A stretch of 64,000 nucleotides of DNA from Hormiphora californensis (lineage: Eukaryota > Animalia > Ctenophora): contig CM035360.1 of NCBI GenBank assembly GCA_020137815.1, positions 7,006,001 to 7,070,000 on the forward strand. The letters are read 5' to 3'. Made by a program: the position numbers and the translations under genes. Positions within the stretch are counted from its first letter, which is position 1. Each line of letters begins with the position of its first letter. Below are positions 36,564 through 55,189 of the stretch, one piece after another. Under the pieces are notes generated by a model, which saw nothing but the letters and a program-made list of their open reading frames with translations, was not told where the DNA came from and did no database searches.

Positions 36564-36770
36564 CCGTCCCCCTTCTATCTCTGTTAAGATCATTTAAAAT
36601 CTGCCGGACGCTCCATGAGGAAGGCTGTTGAGTAATTGGAATACGCCGATTGCGCTGATTTGGGGCTCGACGAAGTGTGCTGCTAAATTGCTAACGAAGA
36701 GGGGCTGCTGAAATATAATGAGAGGGCGGTGGGGGGATGTAATTATGCAATATGAAAATGAGGGGGGTCA

Positions 36771-36826
36771 TTGCCTAGATATACTCTTTTTCGTGCGCCC
36801 CGCAAAGGAGGGTTAGAACATAACAA
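36771..36826 (+). mobile_element. 56-bp micro-element (same family as 19026 and 26053)
   Basis: TTGCCTAG...AAAGGAGGGTTAGAACATAACAA; 8-bp TSD GGGGGTCA. Confidence 0.75.
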
Positions 36827-37089
36827 GGGGGTCATTGGCAGTTGACTGTAGCTTTTTTTCAAATCCTTGACAAAAAATCCAGACCCTATGGCATTCAAAA
36901 ACTTTTTTTCTTCCTTAAATTATCGATTGAAAGTGAATTACAAAAACCTCCTCCATTGTGAATTAGATAATTGGGATAATTGGATTTCACATCATTTCCA
37001 TCGACTGCTATAACAGTGTTATAGTTGGGGATTTATGCTGAAAAATGATATCGGGTTACTACCTGGGTTTTGTTGTGGAGCAGCTTATG

Positions 37090-37103
37090 GTTGTCATGGC
37101 AAC
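37090..37103. promoter_or_regulatory. RFX X-box upstream of the SAXO-like gene
   Basis: GTTGTCATGGCAAC fits the X-box consensus RTHNYYWTRRNRAC; a second match GTCACCATGGAGAC is at 37328-37341; RFX control of ciliary genes is established. Confidence 0.6.
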
Positions 37104-37374
37104 AAACAAAGGAAGCTAGGGACTAGAGAAGAGAGAGAACTGTCAGGGTATGGGGTAATGTGGACACCTGGGTGCATAAGATCTGATATCTGTATGCCAG
37201 ATCGAGTAATATGAAATGTGACTGATCCGTATTGATTGAGCAATGAAAAAAGAATGAGATGTGTCATCTTTATATAAATTATTACTTATTAGGTTAGCAG
37301 CTACCCACGATTTGTGATTTGTGAGAGGTCACCATGGAGACAGCGTAGAAGATGAAGACATACATAATAGCTGT

Positions 37375-37435
<61 letters not shown>

Positions 37436-38233
37436 CCTCTCTCTCCCTCCCTCCTCTCCGATAAATACTTCCTTCTCCACTAGCCCTGAGAAAATGAAAG
37501 GAGTTTTTTGTTGGTTGAAACAGTTGTAATGATGTAGAACGTGGGTGGGAAATGGGAACTCACTTGTGTCCTAACCCCGGGCTTTGTCTGCCATTGGTTC
37601 CTCTTATTATTCTGAAACCTACGGACGCTAATATTAACTTAATTCATCAAATGAATATATACATTCTAATTTATCAAAATGGCGACCAAAACAACGACCT
37701 CTACCCCCCCCCCCACCTCGAGATCGTGTTGTATAGAACATTCCTCATGACTCTGCAGCAGCAGCTGTGCACAGCTACAGGCAATTATATTACAAATGTG
37801 TGATCCACAAATGTGCATGCCATATCCAATCCCAGATCCACACACACACACACACATGGCACTCTCTACAGAAACACATATCCAAGATCTCTCCGGAGCG
37901 CTCATTACTCATGTTGAATGGTGTCCAGAGAATGAAATTCAGGGTAAGAGAGAAGTCCTGATCTAGCAGCATGTTAAACCGCTGTCCTTACTTACCAACT
38001 ACCACTTTATTACCACTCGTAGGAGGGTATATAGCGCTCCACAAATCTCTCCAGTATCACTCTCCTCTTCCCATGATCTCTTCACTGCATATATCCCTGA
38101 CTTTATGAGAGTGAGAAGAAATGAATTGTGATACTCAGCTTGATCCATTTCACGAGAAAATTCCACCATCCTCAATCATCATAGAACCCGGACCACACAG
38201 AATCATAACGCACTAAAATGCCCTGTTTCCCAG

Positions 38234-41200
38234 GCGTCACAAGTGTCCTCACTCCGCTACAAAACCAAAATGGGACAAGGAGTGCCTACTGACGGAGTAT
38301 AAGAATGTTTATACTGGTAAAATGGGCCCGAGGACAATGCCCATCAAACCGCCGGTAAGTTTCAACTCTTTAGTTGTTCATACTTGTAGAAATTAGGAAA
38401 CCGTGGTAATTCGAGAGCGTTCCTTGCAAGGAAGGGGCTCTGCAGTTGAGTAACCTATATGCAGATCGATTAATCGTGTTTAGTTTGCACTTATAAGATC
38501 TCGTGGCGCAATTGGTGCCTAATTGGAATGGCCAAATGTTGTTCCTTATCAATCACTACCCATCCCTCTTTCCCACAGGTTGGATTGAACCAGGACGCCT
38601 CTCCGTTTGCTAAAGACACCACAACTCGTGTAACATTTGTAGCACACCCAGTGAAGCCTCCTACACAGAGAGAAAAACAGGTTGGTTCGTCTGTTTCATT
38701 GATTGGCAATAATGTACCGTGGATACGTTGGAGAAACTAAAATTGTGAACGTGTGTGTTAAGTAACTGAACAATCTGACAAAAGATTTATCCTGTTAAAA
38801 CCTTACATTCCATTTTAATCTAGGTTTGGGTGCCTTCAACGGTGCCCCTTGACTGCTCTACCACTGCCCGTGATCACTACGTGAAACATGCCAACGTCCC
38901 CACCAAGAGTCGCAAACCGGTACGAGGGCCTTATTATTAAATAATTTATAATCCAGACTCCTATGTGACCTTAATTCATTCAATTAGTTGCCCCTCTACA
39001 GGATATAACAATGAATTAACAATTAACTGGATCAGTTAATTACCTCCCAGGATATGACGCTAATATTTAATTACCTCCCAGGATATGACGCTACATAGAA
39101 ACCCGGGTAAAATGTCAGATCAGACCTCCCACCGGATGGATTACACCCGGAAACACGCGGAGAAAGCAGCCCCTCACTCTGACTATAGCTCCCTGACTTG
39201 TGCAGCCGGACCTTTTGATAGTGAGTCTGTTATAGTCTGTGTTTAGTATATCGTAGGTAGTTAGCATATAGGCACTGATTTGCACGGCGGATTGTGTAAT
39301 TTTGATAGAAGAGAAGTGGAAGAAGACCTTGCCGTTTTTTCCTTCTTCACGCTCAATGGCCTCAATGATATCTCTCTTGAGAGGTGCGGATAACATCAAA
39401 AGAAGTATATCTCGTTTGGATTCAGTCAACTAACCGACACCAGCAACCTAGCTGCGAAGTGCGATATAACAAGCTTTATTTCTTTTCCCTTCTTCTAACA
39501 ATCGTGTCCATCTCTTTCTATCCCTGCATGTCTGGTGAACAGTGAATGTTGCAGCACTAGCAGCATGGACTCTGCGAGAGTCAACTCTCAGTGTACTGTA
39601 TACACAATAGAGAAGTAGATGCGGAGGGAAAAAGAAAGAGAGATTGAGTCTGTAAAAGGGCTCCACGTTGTTGCAAAATTGTGCATAATCAAAACTACCA
39701 CACGTGCCAAGCAAGTCACGTGATCTCCAATCAGCCAATCAGAAATCTTGTTATGTAGCACTGAATACGGCGTGAAGTTGCTCTTGCTTGTACATTTTCT
39801 ACTACTCCCTCCTTCTCCCTCCTTCTCCATCCTTCTCTCAATGCGCATCTCAAATTGTTTATGTGATGACCATTGTCCACAATAAAAAAGCAAATGATCG
39901 TGATTGTCCATGTGCATGTGATAGACCGCCATCTGCAGCTTCACCTGCACGATTGTGGTGTGTGGATCTCTCTGTTATTCATTGTGGAAAGTTTTAAAAT
40001 TCTGCATATGACCTGTGTGTGTATTACACAATGTGAGGGAGCTTGGCAAGCTGCTGGTGGCAATCACACAAACCACTTTATCCATTGATCACATTGGAAG
40101 TATGACTGCACACTTTTCAGCAGGGCTTTCCATCAATGGTGCCAAATGATGCCATGCGCTAAAATGCCAAATTCATAATCATGAATGCGTTTTTCACAGC
40201 CTCATTTCCGAGAAAATTGGAAATGAACAGTTATATATGAAACTGAAATAATGGGGTCTTGGATAATGGATAATTATGGGTTCTCGAATAATTTTCGACA
40301 TATATTTAGCTTATTCTATGGCTGAAGTGCAATCGAAAATGCCAGAGTACTCTAAATTCTCGAACTGTAAAAGCTCTTTCATTATAATTTTCCTCCCCAC
40401 CACTAGGTGGCCACCAGGTTTCTCCCTCCCCTTCCTACCCACCAGGTTTCTCTCCCTCCCCTTCCTACCCACCAGGTTTCTCTCCCTCCCCTTCCGACCC
40501 ACCAGGTTTCTCTCCCTCCCCTTCCGACCCACCAGGTTTCTCTCCCTCCCCTTCCTACACACCAGGTTTCTCTCCCTCCCCTTCCTACAACCCACCTCTC
40601 TCCAGGTTCCACGACCAATAGAGCTGACTACACTGGTCACGTGACGCGACCCCGGACTAGTTATACCCCACACAGGGAGTATAAGGGCCCTACTGTGCCA
40701 ATGGAGGACAAGACCAATCACAAACTGGACTACTCAGCTTGGGAGCTGCCTAAGAAGAGTATCAGGTAACTAGACCAATGTTTTAGAGAGATATAATGAC
40801 TAAATTAGTCTTGAAAGGAGTACATGAGTATAATAATTGAGTGTCGTCAACCTTCATCTAAACGTGTACATTTTAACTGTACATTACAAATCTCACTGTG
40901 ATTATAAGAACCATGTGTTAATTATTAATTTATCACGTGATCAGGAAACAAGCCCAGTATATCCCATCTAACGGACTGACGGGGGTGTCAACCTTCATGA
41001 CTGACTTCATCCCTAAAAACACCCGCCGACCATCTCCCTGTCTCCCTGCACCTACCACTAACGGAGGCGGAGAATTCTATGGGTAAGAGAAGCTGCAAGC
41101 GCAAAGAATGATTCGTGCATCAGCATTGTCTCAAAACAGGCTGCCCTCTGCCCTGGCCGACATTACATTATTGTAGTTTGATAACTGTTATACTAGCTTG

Positions 41201-42324
41201 AACAAATCAAGGTTATGGCAGTACATGGATAACACATATCTGACTCTAAAATCACTCCCTCCCTCCCTCCCCATCAGTTCTACAACATTCCGGGAGAACT
41301 ACAGAGCCTGGCCGGTGTGTCCCCCTGTAAACAGAGAAAGGGCATCCTACAACCCACCTGATGCCCCTCTGGACTCTAATACCTGTTATAGAGACGACTT
41401 TGTTGCCAAAAATGCACGACCTGTAAGTAATTGTTAACAATAATGTCAAACTAAATGGATGAGGATACGATCTACCATGACGTATCACTTGATAAATGTG
41501 TTATCCAGTATCTAACATACAAGTTGTAACTCTATCAATATCCCATGTTTAGGCAAGTGCTAAACCAAGGGTCGACTACCGGCGTCCCTCTGGGGTAATG
41601 ACTAGTGTCACTACCCACCGGGAGACGTACCAGCCGTGGTCTGTGGGCCCAGTTGCTATAGCTCACGAGAATCATGCCCGGTCAACTCCGCCACCGTTCG
41701 AGGGTCTCTCTACCTACAAGGTAACTTCTTGGGTAACTTATAAAATGGGAAACTTATAACTTGGGTACAGGAAACCTGGAAACCTTGCAGTTCAGACGAC
41801 TTAACAAGATTCGTACTATTTAATTGTACTACGTCTTTGGTATAAATATATGAATATGGACATGAAATGACCATATTCACAGTAGAACTTGGAGCGTCCT
41901 AAATACAGCTGTTTTATTTCGTTATGACATGAAATGATCGATATCCAACACCCTCCCCATTTCTTCAGGATCACTTTATCCAAAGTGGTGGAGCCCCTGC
42001 CTCCCTCCTGGCCCCTGCTAATACATACCAGAAATCTGGCATCCCCCTTGATGGTCTGACTACTTATAACGTGAGTTAGACATATCAAATAATAATAGGT
42101 ATTACCGCTTGTTAGAGGCAGCTAAATTGGTAAAAACTGACCAAATCATTACGAATTGTAACCCCAACCTCCCCCCTCAGCGTGACTTTATCAAGAAGCA
42201 GGCTGGTAGATGTCCCGTACCTGGACTGCCTGGAACCCCTGATATTGTGAAGTCCGGACATAAGTTCTATGTTGGAGGGGAAAGGCTGAAAACTGCCCCT
42301 GTGGTTGAACCAGCCACCGCTTAG
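38234..42324 (+). CDS. SAXO: Stabilizer of axonemal microtubules (SAXO/FAM154)-like protein; first exon(s) not resolved
   Basis: Exons ~38234-38354 (RHKCPH..LTEYKNVY), 38579-38679, 38824-38919, micro-exon 39082-39106, 40606-40765, 40945-41082, 41277-41422, 41553-41720, 41970-42070, 42181-42324. Repeated Mn-type motifs: STTARDHY, STTNRADY, STFMTDF, STTFRENY, TTHRETY, STYKDHF, TTYNRDF. Confidence 0.8.
40400..40590 (+). repeat. 30-bp minisatellite (~6 copies) of acceptor-like CCACCAG|GTTT units
   Basis: Unit ccaccaggtttctctccctccccttcctac, just upstream of the true acceptor at 40605. Confidence 0.92.
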
Positions 42325-43244
42325 AGAGAGAGAAATAGAGAGGGACTAGAGAGAGAGAGGGACTAGAGAGAGAGAGGGTGAGAGAGGGAAACAGAAGTGG
42401 AGTTGAAAGTCGAAAAGAAGAGAACAATGAACATCAGAGACGAGAGAGATAGAAACAGATATAGACATTTTGCATGTTATGCTGACGGCGCTTAAAAAAG
42501 GCGGCCCATTCTTATATTTTTTTCGCAGTGTATAGCTGTAGAAACCTATTGTACAAAAACCAGAGTTATGTAGACCGTGTTTATTATGTTTAGTTATTGT
42601 TTGTGCGTTTAGGCTTTAACTTTATCACCATATGTTTAGCAACTAAATTAAGTGTTTTTCTCAGTGTTCTCTGTGTACTACACAAGATGCATCTCTCCAG
42701 CTTTGCGTGTAGACACACGGCCGTTGCTATGGACAACTGCAGCCGCAGCATGTGTGCCACTTGACGGAAAACTCATATCACATTGTCAGTAGACGGAGGG
42801 CGCGGTGCAACTTTTGTAGGAGAGACAGCGCGTTCACATGGGTACTATAGTGCGCGCCGCGCGGTTTGTCTGTCTGTCTGTCCTCCGGTCGCGCCCCTCC
42901 AAAACTGCGCTTGTCGAAATCGATAAAATTCGAACATTCTGGAACAAATCAAAAACACGTTGATTTAACTGTTTCCAAATAGTTGGTAACACTAACAAAA
43001 AGGGGGTAAACAACACACAATTACATCATCTTAAAATTGATGGAAAGAGAAAATAGAGCACAAATAGAGTGCTCATTATGAGAGAGGGGGACACAATATT
43101 CGCTGCAGATTTCTGTGTAAACTCTCATATTTTGTACACACGAGCTTCTTTTTGTGTCCGATCTTGCGTTCAAGTTTATCATAAATTAACAAGGAGAGGG
43201 ACGAGGTGAAAGGGCCGATAAAAATGTAGGTAGGTTAATGACTT

Positions 43245-46200
43245 CTAGCTCATGAATTTCTTTCCCGAGTTCGCGTAATCAATTACAATCTGGGCGGGCT
43301 CAAACCTGTGAATGAAATGTTAGTCGGAGGTTTTAATAACTAACGGTAGGTTTTGGGGTGTGTTTAGGAAGGGGGAGGTTTAATCCTTAGAGGTTCCAAA
43401 GGGGAGTACAATTATTATACTGGTGGTCGGTGTTCGGCCAGAAAGATAACATTAGAAATATATTTCACCTGAATCCGATATCCTCCTCATATTTCCTCAT
43501 CTTATCTACAAAGTTCTGGGCTCCATAGGTGTCCAGGAACTGGAAGGGGCCACCCCGCTGGGGACAGTGGCCAATACCGAATATCAGACCAATGTTTCCG
43601 TCAACCTATGGGGGATGTGTTAAAACACAGATTTACGTGAAATTATCCGCTCACCCTACTAAACCTAATATATAACCAGGGAAGGGTAACTAACCAGTTA
43701 CTAACCAGTAACTAACCAGTGACTTAAACTAATAGTAACTAATGGTAACTAACCGGGTTGGCAATGATTTCCTCCTGTAGACAGAGAGCTGCCTCATTAA
43801 CACTTCTCATGTATGTTCTCCACTGAACATCCTCTGTTGTAGGGACTGCTTGTCCGGGTGTCCTATACCTTTGGAGGATCTTTTCAGCAATGGGGTTGAT
43901 TTGTCGAGTTCCACCCTTCTGCCGCTTGTCATACAGATAGATACCTGGAGAAGTGTAGGTTAGAATTGCAGGTGACATTCTAAATGTATACCTGCCTATA
44001 CAAAACTACACATTTTATGTGGTGTGTTCAATTTGTGTTTCCGGTACTTCTAATTACAGTGCTAGGGAGGAAACTGTACATACACACTCTCACACTTCCT
44101 ACTCCTACACTAACAGCATGCAGTGTGCTGCAGTACAAAAACATGCACCCTGGAGGCTGGAGCTAGTTAGTGGTTACAATAACACAGTGTAGAGCTGGAC
44201 ACATAACATAACTTCCTAGTACCATGGTACAATAACACCCAGCACCCTCCTTTCCAAAACCATCCTAACCTATAATAACTGCACAACTCACCCTTTCCGT
44301 TCTTCTTGCCCAAACATCCACTCTCTACCAGCTCCTCAATCACTCGGGGATCCCCAGCACTGATCCTATCTCCAAAGACCTCGAGGAAGTATTTAGTGAC
44401 CTTGTAGGCGACATCGATACCAACCTGAAGGGGAGGGGATGTTAGTTACAGAAAGGAGCTAGATGGCAGGAACCGACCGAATCAGGAAATACTGGTCCCT
44501 GATTGGCTGATAACCAGTCATGTGACCTAAATAACGAGTTCTGATTGGTTGTTTACTTGTTTCGGTCGGTTCCTGCTAGATGGGTAGACACAGATTAGAT
44601 ACCATACCATGGATTATAGGTCTAGAATAATAATAAACCACTAGTCACATGAACTATACCTCATCAACAAGGGAAGCTCCACCAACAGGCCAGCCGAACT
44701 TAACAAACGCCTTATCCAGATCCTGAGGGGATGTTCCCTCTTGGATACAAGCGAATGCCTCCCCCATGAGTGCACCAATAACACGTGTTGTATAGAATCC
44801 AGGTCCATCCTTAACTACAATCACGGTCTTCTTCTGCTTTAGACCAACCTGGTGGGGGGGGGGGGGGGTGGAGATTGGTTATGACTTATGAGACTGGCCA
44901 ACAAACATTTTGAACCCATACATTAGCCAGTACATAATCAGCAGTCAGTACTGATTGGTGATTACTCGGCAGAAAATGTGTTGTTCACTACAGGATTAGT
45001 TCTAACTTGGATTAACCAGCCAAAGCGTGGGAATCCTACACATACCTCGACAGCAGCCCGTGTTGCTTCTTTGCTGGTTTGATCGGTGGTGATGATCTCC
45101 AGTAGAGGCATCTTATCAACAGGGGAGAAGTAGTGCATTCCTGGGGGGGGGGGGGGTTGAGGTTAGAGATGAGGGGTATATGAGGTCAGGAGATGAGGTC
45201 AGGGGGATGATGTTAGAAATGAGGTTGGGGGAAATAATATAATGGAGTTACCTAGGAAGTTCTCGGGTCGCTTGCTGGCCTTTGCAAGATCTCCAATGGG
45301 CAGGGCAGAAGTGTTACTGGCAAAGATGCAATGATCTGGGGTGGCGGCCTCGATCTCTTTGATTATCCTGGGGGAAAGAGATAGATTTAGATTGGGGGTT
45401 GAAACAGATAAAGAGACATGTCAGGAGATACCCTGATACCAACAAGGGTCTACCTAGTACCTAGTTCTCCCACCCTATTATAATGAACACCAGTTTCAGG
45501 TAGTAGTAGTAGTACGTGGACCCTATTCCTACCAATTCCTACATATGTTTCCAAATCCCAATTCCTGTACCTATGATTCCAAATCCCAATTCCTATACCT
45601 ATGATTCCAAATCCCAATTCCTATACCTATGAATCCAAATCCCAATTCCTATACCTATGTTTCCAAATCCCAATTCCTATACCTATGATTCCAAATCCCA
45701 ATTCCTATACCTATGATTACAAATCCCAATTCCTATACCTATGTTTCCAAATCCCAATTCCTATACCTATGATTCCAAATCCCAATTCCTGTACCTATGT
45801 TTCAAGTTGATATCTTCGAAAACAGCCTCGATAACCAGATCAGTATCTGCAAAGTTGCTCAGATCCAACTCTGTGTGAAGTGATGACATGAGTCTATCAC
45901 AATCGAACTGACTCATCTTCTTTCGTTTTACCTAAAATAAGGGGGGGGTATGAGACCAAGAATATATCTTGTCAGGAAAAGGGGTTTGTATATATGCAGA
46001 TTGTCAGTGAAAGGGGTGACAACAAGAGATAAATGCAGATTGTCAGGAAAAGGGGTGACAACAAGAGATAAATGCAGATTTTCAGTGAAATAGGTGGCAC
46101 AAGGTCCAGGGGGAGGAACAAGAACACACAGCTACAGTTACTCACCCTTCCCTTGAATACATCCCTGACCATGTCCTCTCCCTTGCTGATGGCCGTCTCA

Positions 46201-48473
46201 CTGACATCCTTCAGGATCACCTTATTGAACTTCTCCAGTGATACCTGTGTAGTGGGAGGTGTTACAGTCAGTACCTGACAACTGTTTGTGAGGTGAGAGG
46301 TGTTATGTGAGGTGATGAATAAATGTATATTTAGTGAAATTGGAAAGAGAAATGTTCATAGTGTGAACAGTACAAGATGTTCTTGTTTCTGGAATTACAG
46401 TGCTTGTTAATTTCACACACACATTGTTTTCCTCTCTTTTAACACACACACTTACAGCAGCAATACCGGCACCCATAAGTCCAGCACCGAGCACGGAGAT
46501 GTTCTCGGGCATTCTCTCGGGTTTTCCGTAGGGGTTCCTTTCACACTGGGTCTTGCCGAAGAACACGTTGATCAGTGCCTTACTCTCATCTGTCATGGCA
46601 AGGTCACCAAAGTTCTGAGAATTGGGAAGATGGTGTGAGTAATTAGGGCGGGATTTACTTCTGGGAAGATTATGGAGTCAGAGATTGGTGGTCCTGTTTC
46701 TTTACCACATGAGCCCCCCCCCCACCCCCCCCACCCCACATGACCAACGGTCATTGGCTAGGCTTCAACTTAGTGTTCATTAATTTATTAACTAATAATT
46801 AATTAACTCACGTTAGCCTCGACGTTGTATCCCTCCTTCGGGTTTTCCAGACCATCCTTGACAGTCTCGATAATCTTCAGAGGGGCAGGGTAGACACCCT
46901 TTGTCTTCTTCACGACCTGCTTCTGGGCCTGGTCACAGACAAAGTTCCTAACGTACTTGTTGTAGGTAGGCAGGTTGAATGCCAGACCTGAGAGGGGATG
47001 GTATGGAAATAATGTGGGCTGGGAAATAGCACAGATACTTCGAAGTATACATAGGGATTAGGGAAATTTGGCTGGAGAATAATGCAAGTACAATGTACAT
47101 TGCACCTATCCCGCACTGCCCTACTTTGAGAGGCTAATGGTATACAATCTCTATAATATCTCTATATTATACAATCATGGGACCTACCTTTCACACCACT
47201 CTTCTTCCTGCTGGGTTTCTTCACAGATCCATCAGCAAGACCAGCAGCCACATCAACAGCCACCTTCTCCAAATAGTTGTGTGTCAGGGTCTGGGGGTCG
47301 GATATACCGGGACCTAGAGGTTTCACGGTCATGTCAACAAGGCCCAACTTCTTGGCAGATCTGGCGTTCTTGCCCCCTCCGGTTAGCATCATGGGCAGGG
47401 CGTTAGGCAGGCCGATTAGTCGGGGGAGTCTCTGAGTTCCACCTGATCCAGGAAGAAGGCCCAGCATCACCTAGGGAGGGAGAGTTGTGTTTTGTCTTGC
47501 TCGATCCTCTCTCATCGAGTAGAAGAAGGTTTAGAACATAACAAAGGGACAATGTCATCCCTCACCCCAGCACTCACAAACAAACAAATGTCTTTTGGGA
47601 GTCCTGAAAACACGAATAATTTCAAAACCCTTTCCATACCTCTGGGAGTGCAAGGGATGTCTTCTTGTTTTCCACTGCTATTCTGTAGTGGCACGCCAGG
47701 GCTACCTCCAGGCCACCGCCCATACATGAACCTGAGATGGCAGCAACCACTGGTTTCTTACAGTCCTCCATCTCTTGCATCATCTCCTGACCACCTGGTA
47801 ATTAGGTTGGGAGTAGTGGGAAGAGGTGATAAGGATGGGTTTAGGTCGGATCATGAGAGTTAGTGAGAGAGGGTGGGAAGAGTGAGTCGTTTCGGTTAGA
47901 AGGGGAAGATATTATAGAACAAAATATGTTAGTTGTTAAGTTACCAACCTTTTGCCAGGGCCACCATTTCCTCTTTCTTTTCACAAGCGGCTAGCATGTT
48001 GATATCTGCCCCAGCTATGAAACAGTCTGGTTTCCCCGACATGAACACGATGCTTTTAACTGCGGGGTCATCTCGGAGCGACACAAACGCCTGGAAGATG
48101 GATTTGTTCAGATTGAGTCTCAGTCAATCGATTTTGGGTATTTGGGTATTCGGATAGAGCTTAAAAAACTCACATCTTTGCAGTCCTGACTGAATTCTTG
48201 GTTGAGTACATTTACTTTTGATCCAGGAGTGTCAAATTTGAGGATTCCCACACCATTTCGTACACTCGTCTCACAGTGTGTGTTTGTAAGATCTGGAGTT
48301 AAAAAGGAGGGGAGTTATAGAAACTATTCTGGAACTTTCACTGGAGACTATAACGTGGAACAAAAAATGATGCTGCATTCTTTAAACAAAAACTTACTTC
48401 GTGTGCAGATACGATTTCTGACGATTCGGGCGTGACTGACAGAGTTCTTGAAGGCTCGGAACCCGTTCAACAT
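43245..48473 (-). CDS. HADHA: Mitochondrial trifunctional enzyme subunit alpha
   Basis: Spliced translation: [144 protein letters not shown]; N-terminal basic targeting peptide. Confidence 0.96.
44467..44575 (+). mobile_element. 109-bp hAT-type MITE in a HADHA intron
   Basis: Same TIRs; 8-bp TSD CTAGATGG. Confidence 0.92.
45531..45803 (-). repeat. 28-bp minisatellite (10 copies) built from a HADHA 5' splice site
   Basis: Minus-strand unit aa(a/t)CATAG|GTA(t/c)AGgaattgggatttgg; the first copy is the real donor (exon ends at 45795). Confidence 0.95.
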
Positions 48474-48725
48474 GGCTACTTCTCACTGTGGCAACAACAA
48501 GGGAAGTGACTAGAAGAAACGTACACGCACGGGCAAGGAAGAGAGGGCAACTGAGTGGAGAAGAAGTTGAACTACCGAGTTGTAGAGCGCGCGCAACAGG
48601 CGTTCACAACTGAACGCCTGCTGTTAGACTCTAACATGTTAGCATTTGGAGCAACTTCCTCGCGAGACCTGGTAGTAGTTGTTCCATCTCGCTCTCTTGT
48701 CAGTGTTTGTTGCCTCCTTTTTGCC

Positions 48726-48926
48726 ATGTCCACGGTGCCGTACCGCAGGGAACGTTTGATCGATCAAGTGAACGAAGAATGGAGGAACGAGAAACTGCCG
48801 AACTATGATATTTCTGTGCCTGAGGAGGTTTTCCCCAGCCAAAACGATACCGATGTGACCTCAGCTGATAGCATTCAAGATAACGAGTACAAATGGACAG
48901 ATACCGGTCTGGGGGATGTCCGATGA
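48726..48926 (+). CDS. ANAPC13: Anaphase-promoting complex subunit 13
   Basis: 66 aa, MSTVPYRRERLIDQVNEEWRNEKLPNYDISVP...EYKWTDTGL, matching the Apc13 pattern (R..LD.....W..D.LP..D..VP; E.KWTDL.L). Confidence 0.88.
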   Translation: MSTVPYRRERLIDQVNEEWRNEKLPNYDISVPEEVFPSQNDTDVTSADSIQDNEYKWTDTGLGDVR

Positions 48927-49073
48927 GAACTGTACACAAAGCTGCTGAAGTTACCTGCCTCTCAGAATTCTGCTGTTTTAATTGGACTGAATTTATTAAC
49001 TTGTTAGTCAGAGTTACATTGCCCTTTTTGACACACATGTACTGGACAGTTTTATCTACAATATCTCATTGTT

Positions 49074-49179
<106 letters not shown>

Positions 49180-49272
49180 CTTCTCTTTCTCGCCTTCTCT
49201 TTCTCTCTTTTTCATCTCCATCTGTACTGTATTCTGAACTGTACATTGTATTTTATAGCTCACTGCTCCACC

Positions 49273-54372
<5,100 letters not shown>

Positions 54373-55189
54373 ACAACCATCCCATCTTTTCTTCTCTGTT
54401 TCCGTGTTTTGTCCCCCACACACACTCCTAGCTCGACACTACTTTTTAAAAGAGTTGATCTAGACTACTATTATATGCCTCTCTGTAACAGAGACTTGTC
54501 GTGATTCGCCCTCTCCAGTTGCTGTGTTGTGTGTGTGTATTGTGTATTTATAAAGTTTGAACATTTGGCATCAATCGTCCAATTAGAGCGTTTTTATTTA
54601 GTAATTCAGTCGTTAATTGGTGATTTGAAATCGGTCATTTGATACTCCAAACAATTTGTCGTGATACATTCGCGAGTTGTATAACTGTACACTGCATTCT
54701 GCAATGTACACAAAATACAAGTGTACAATTTTACACAGCTGCAGGTTGTTTGTGGTATCATGTGCGCGCGCTGCAATAACCTACAAGTTACCGCTAGACT
54801 GGCCGACTGATTGCTGACATGTTACACTTTCATTATATCAGTGTCAGTGCGCGCTGACACAATGCACTCTTGAAAGCGATGAGTGTTTTCTGACATGAGG
54901 AGGTTGTAATCATGATCTTGGCGTGCAATGAAACCTCTCCCGTCAAGCGACCTGGCAGTGTATGAGTAATGGTATGAGTGTAACATGTCAAACTATCCAA
55001 CATCGTTCTGAAAGAGTTGAGTAAAATTCAAAATAAAACGTCGGTAATTTCAGATGTTCTGAACTGTTGTTAAGTTAATAAATAGGCAAACTTTTCTGAA
55101 CATACACACACCAACACACTTTATATACAACTCATTTCTTGGCAATCACTCCCAACAATTGTCCACACTCCTTCTCTCTCTATGGGCTC

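Noticed and set aside
37679-37943. Cys-rich frame MATKTT..SCCIEHSS-TGA-LCSSSC..MCDPQMC as a selenoprotein or SAXO first exon
   Set aside because: No recognisable family or SECIS; it crosses a poly-C run of uncertain length; its donor phase does not match the SAXO exon at 38234.
42723-42737. X-box-like GTTGCTATGGACAAC
   Set aside because: Lies between two convergent 3' ends with no supportable downstream gene; the motif is common in this window.
48555-48725. N-terminal extension of the 123-aa ORF containing APC13
   Set aside because: Starts at GTG with no Apc13 similarity; the ATG at 48726 (GCCATG context) matches family length.
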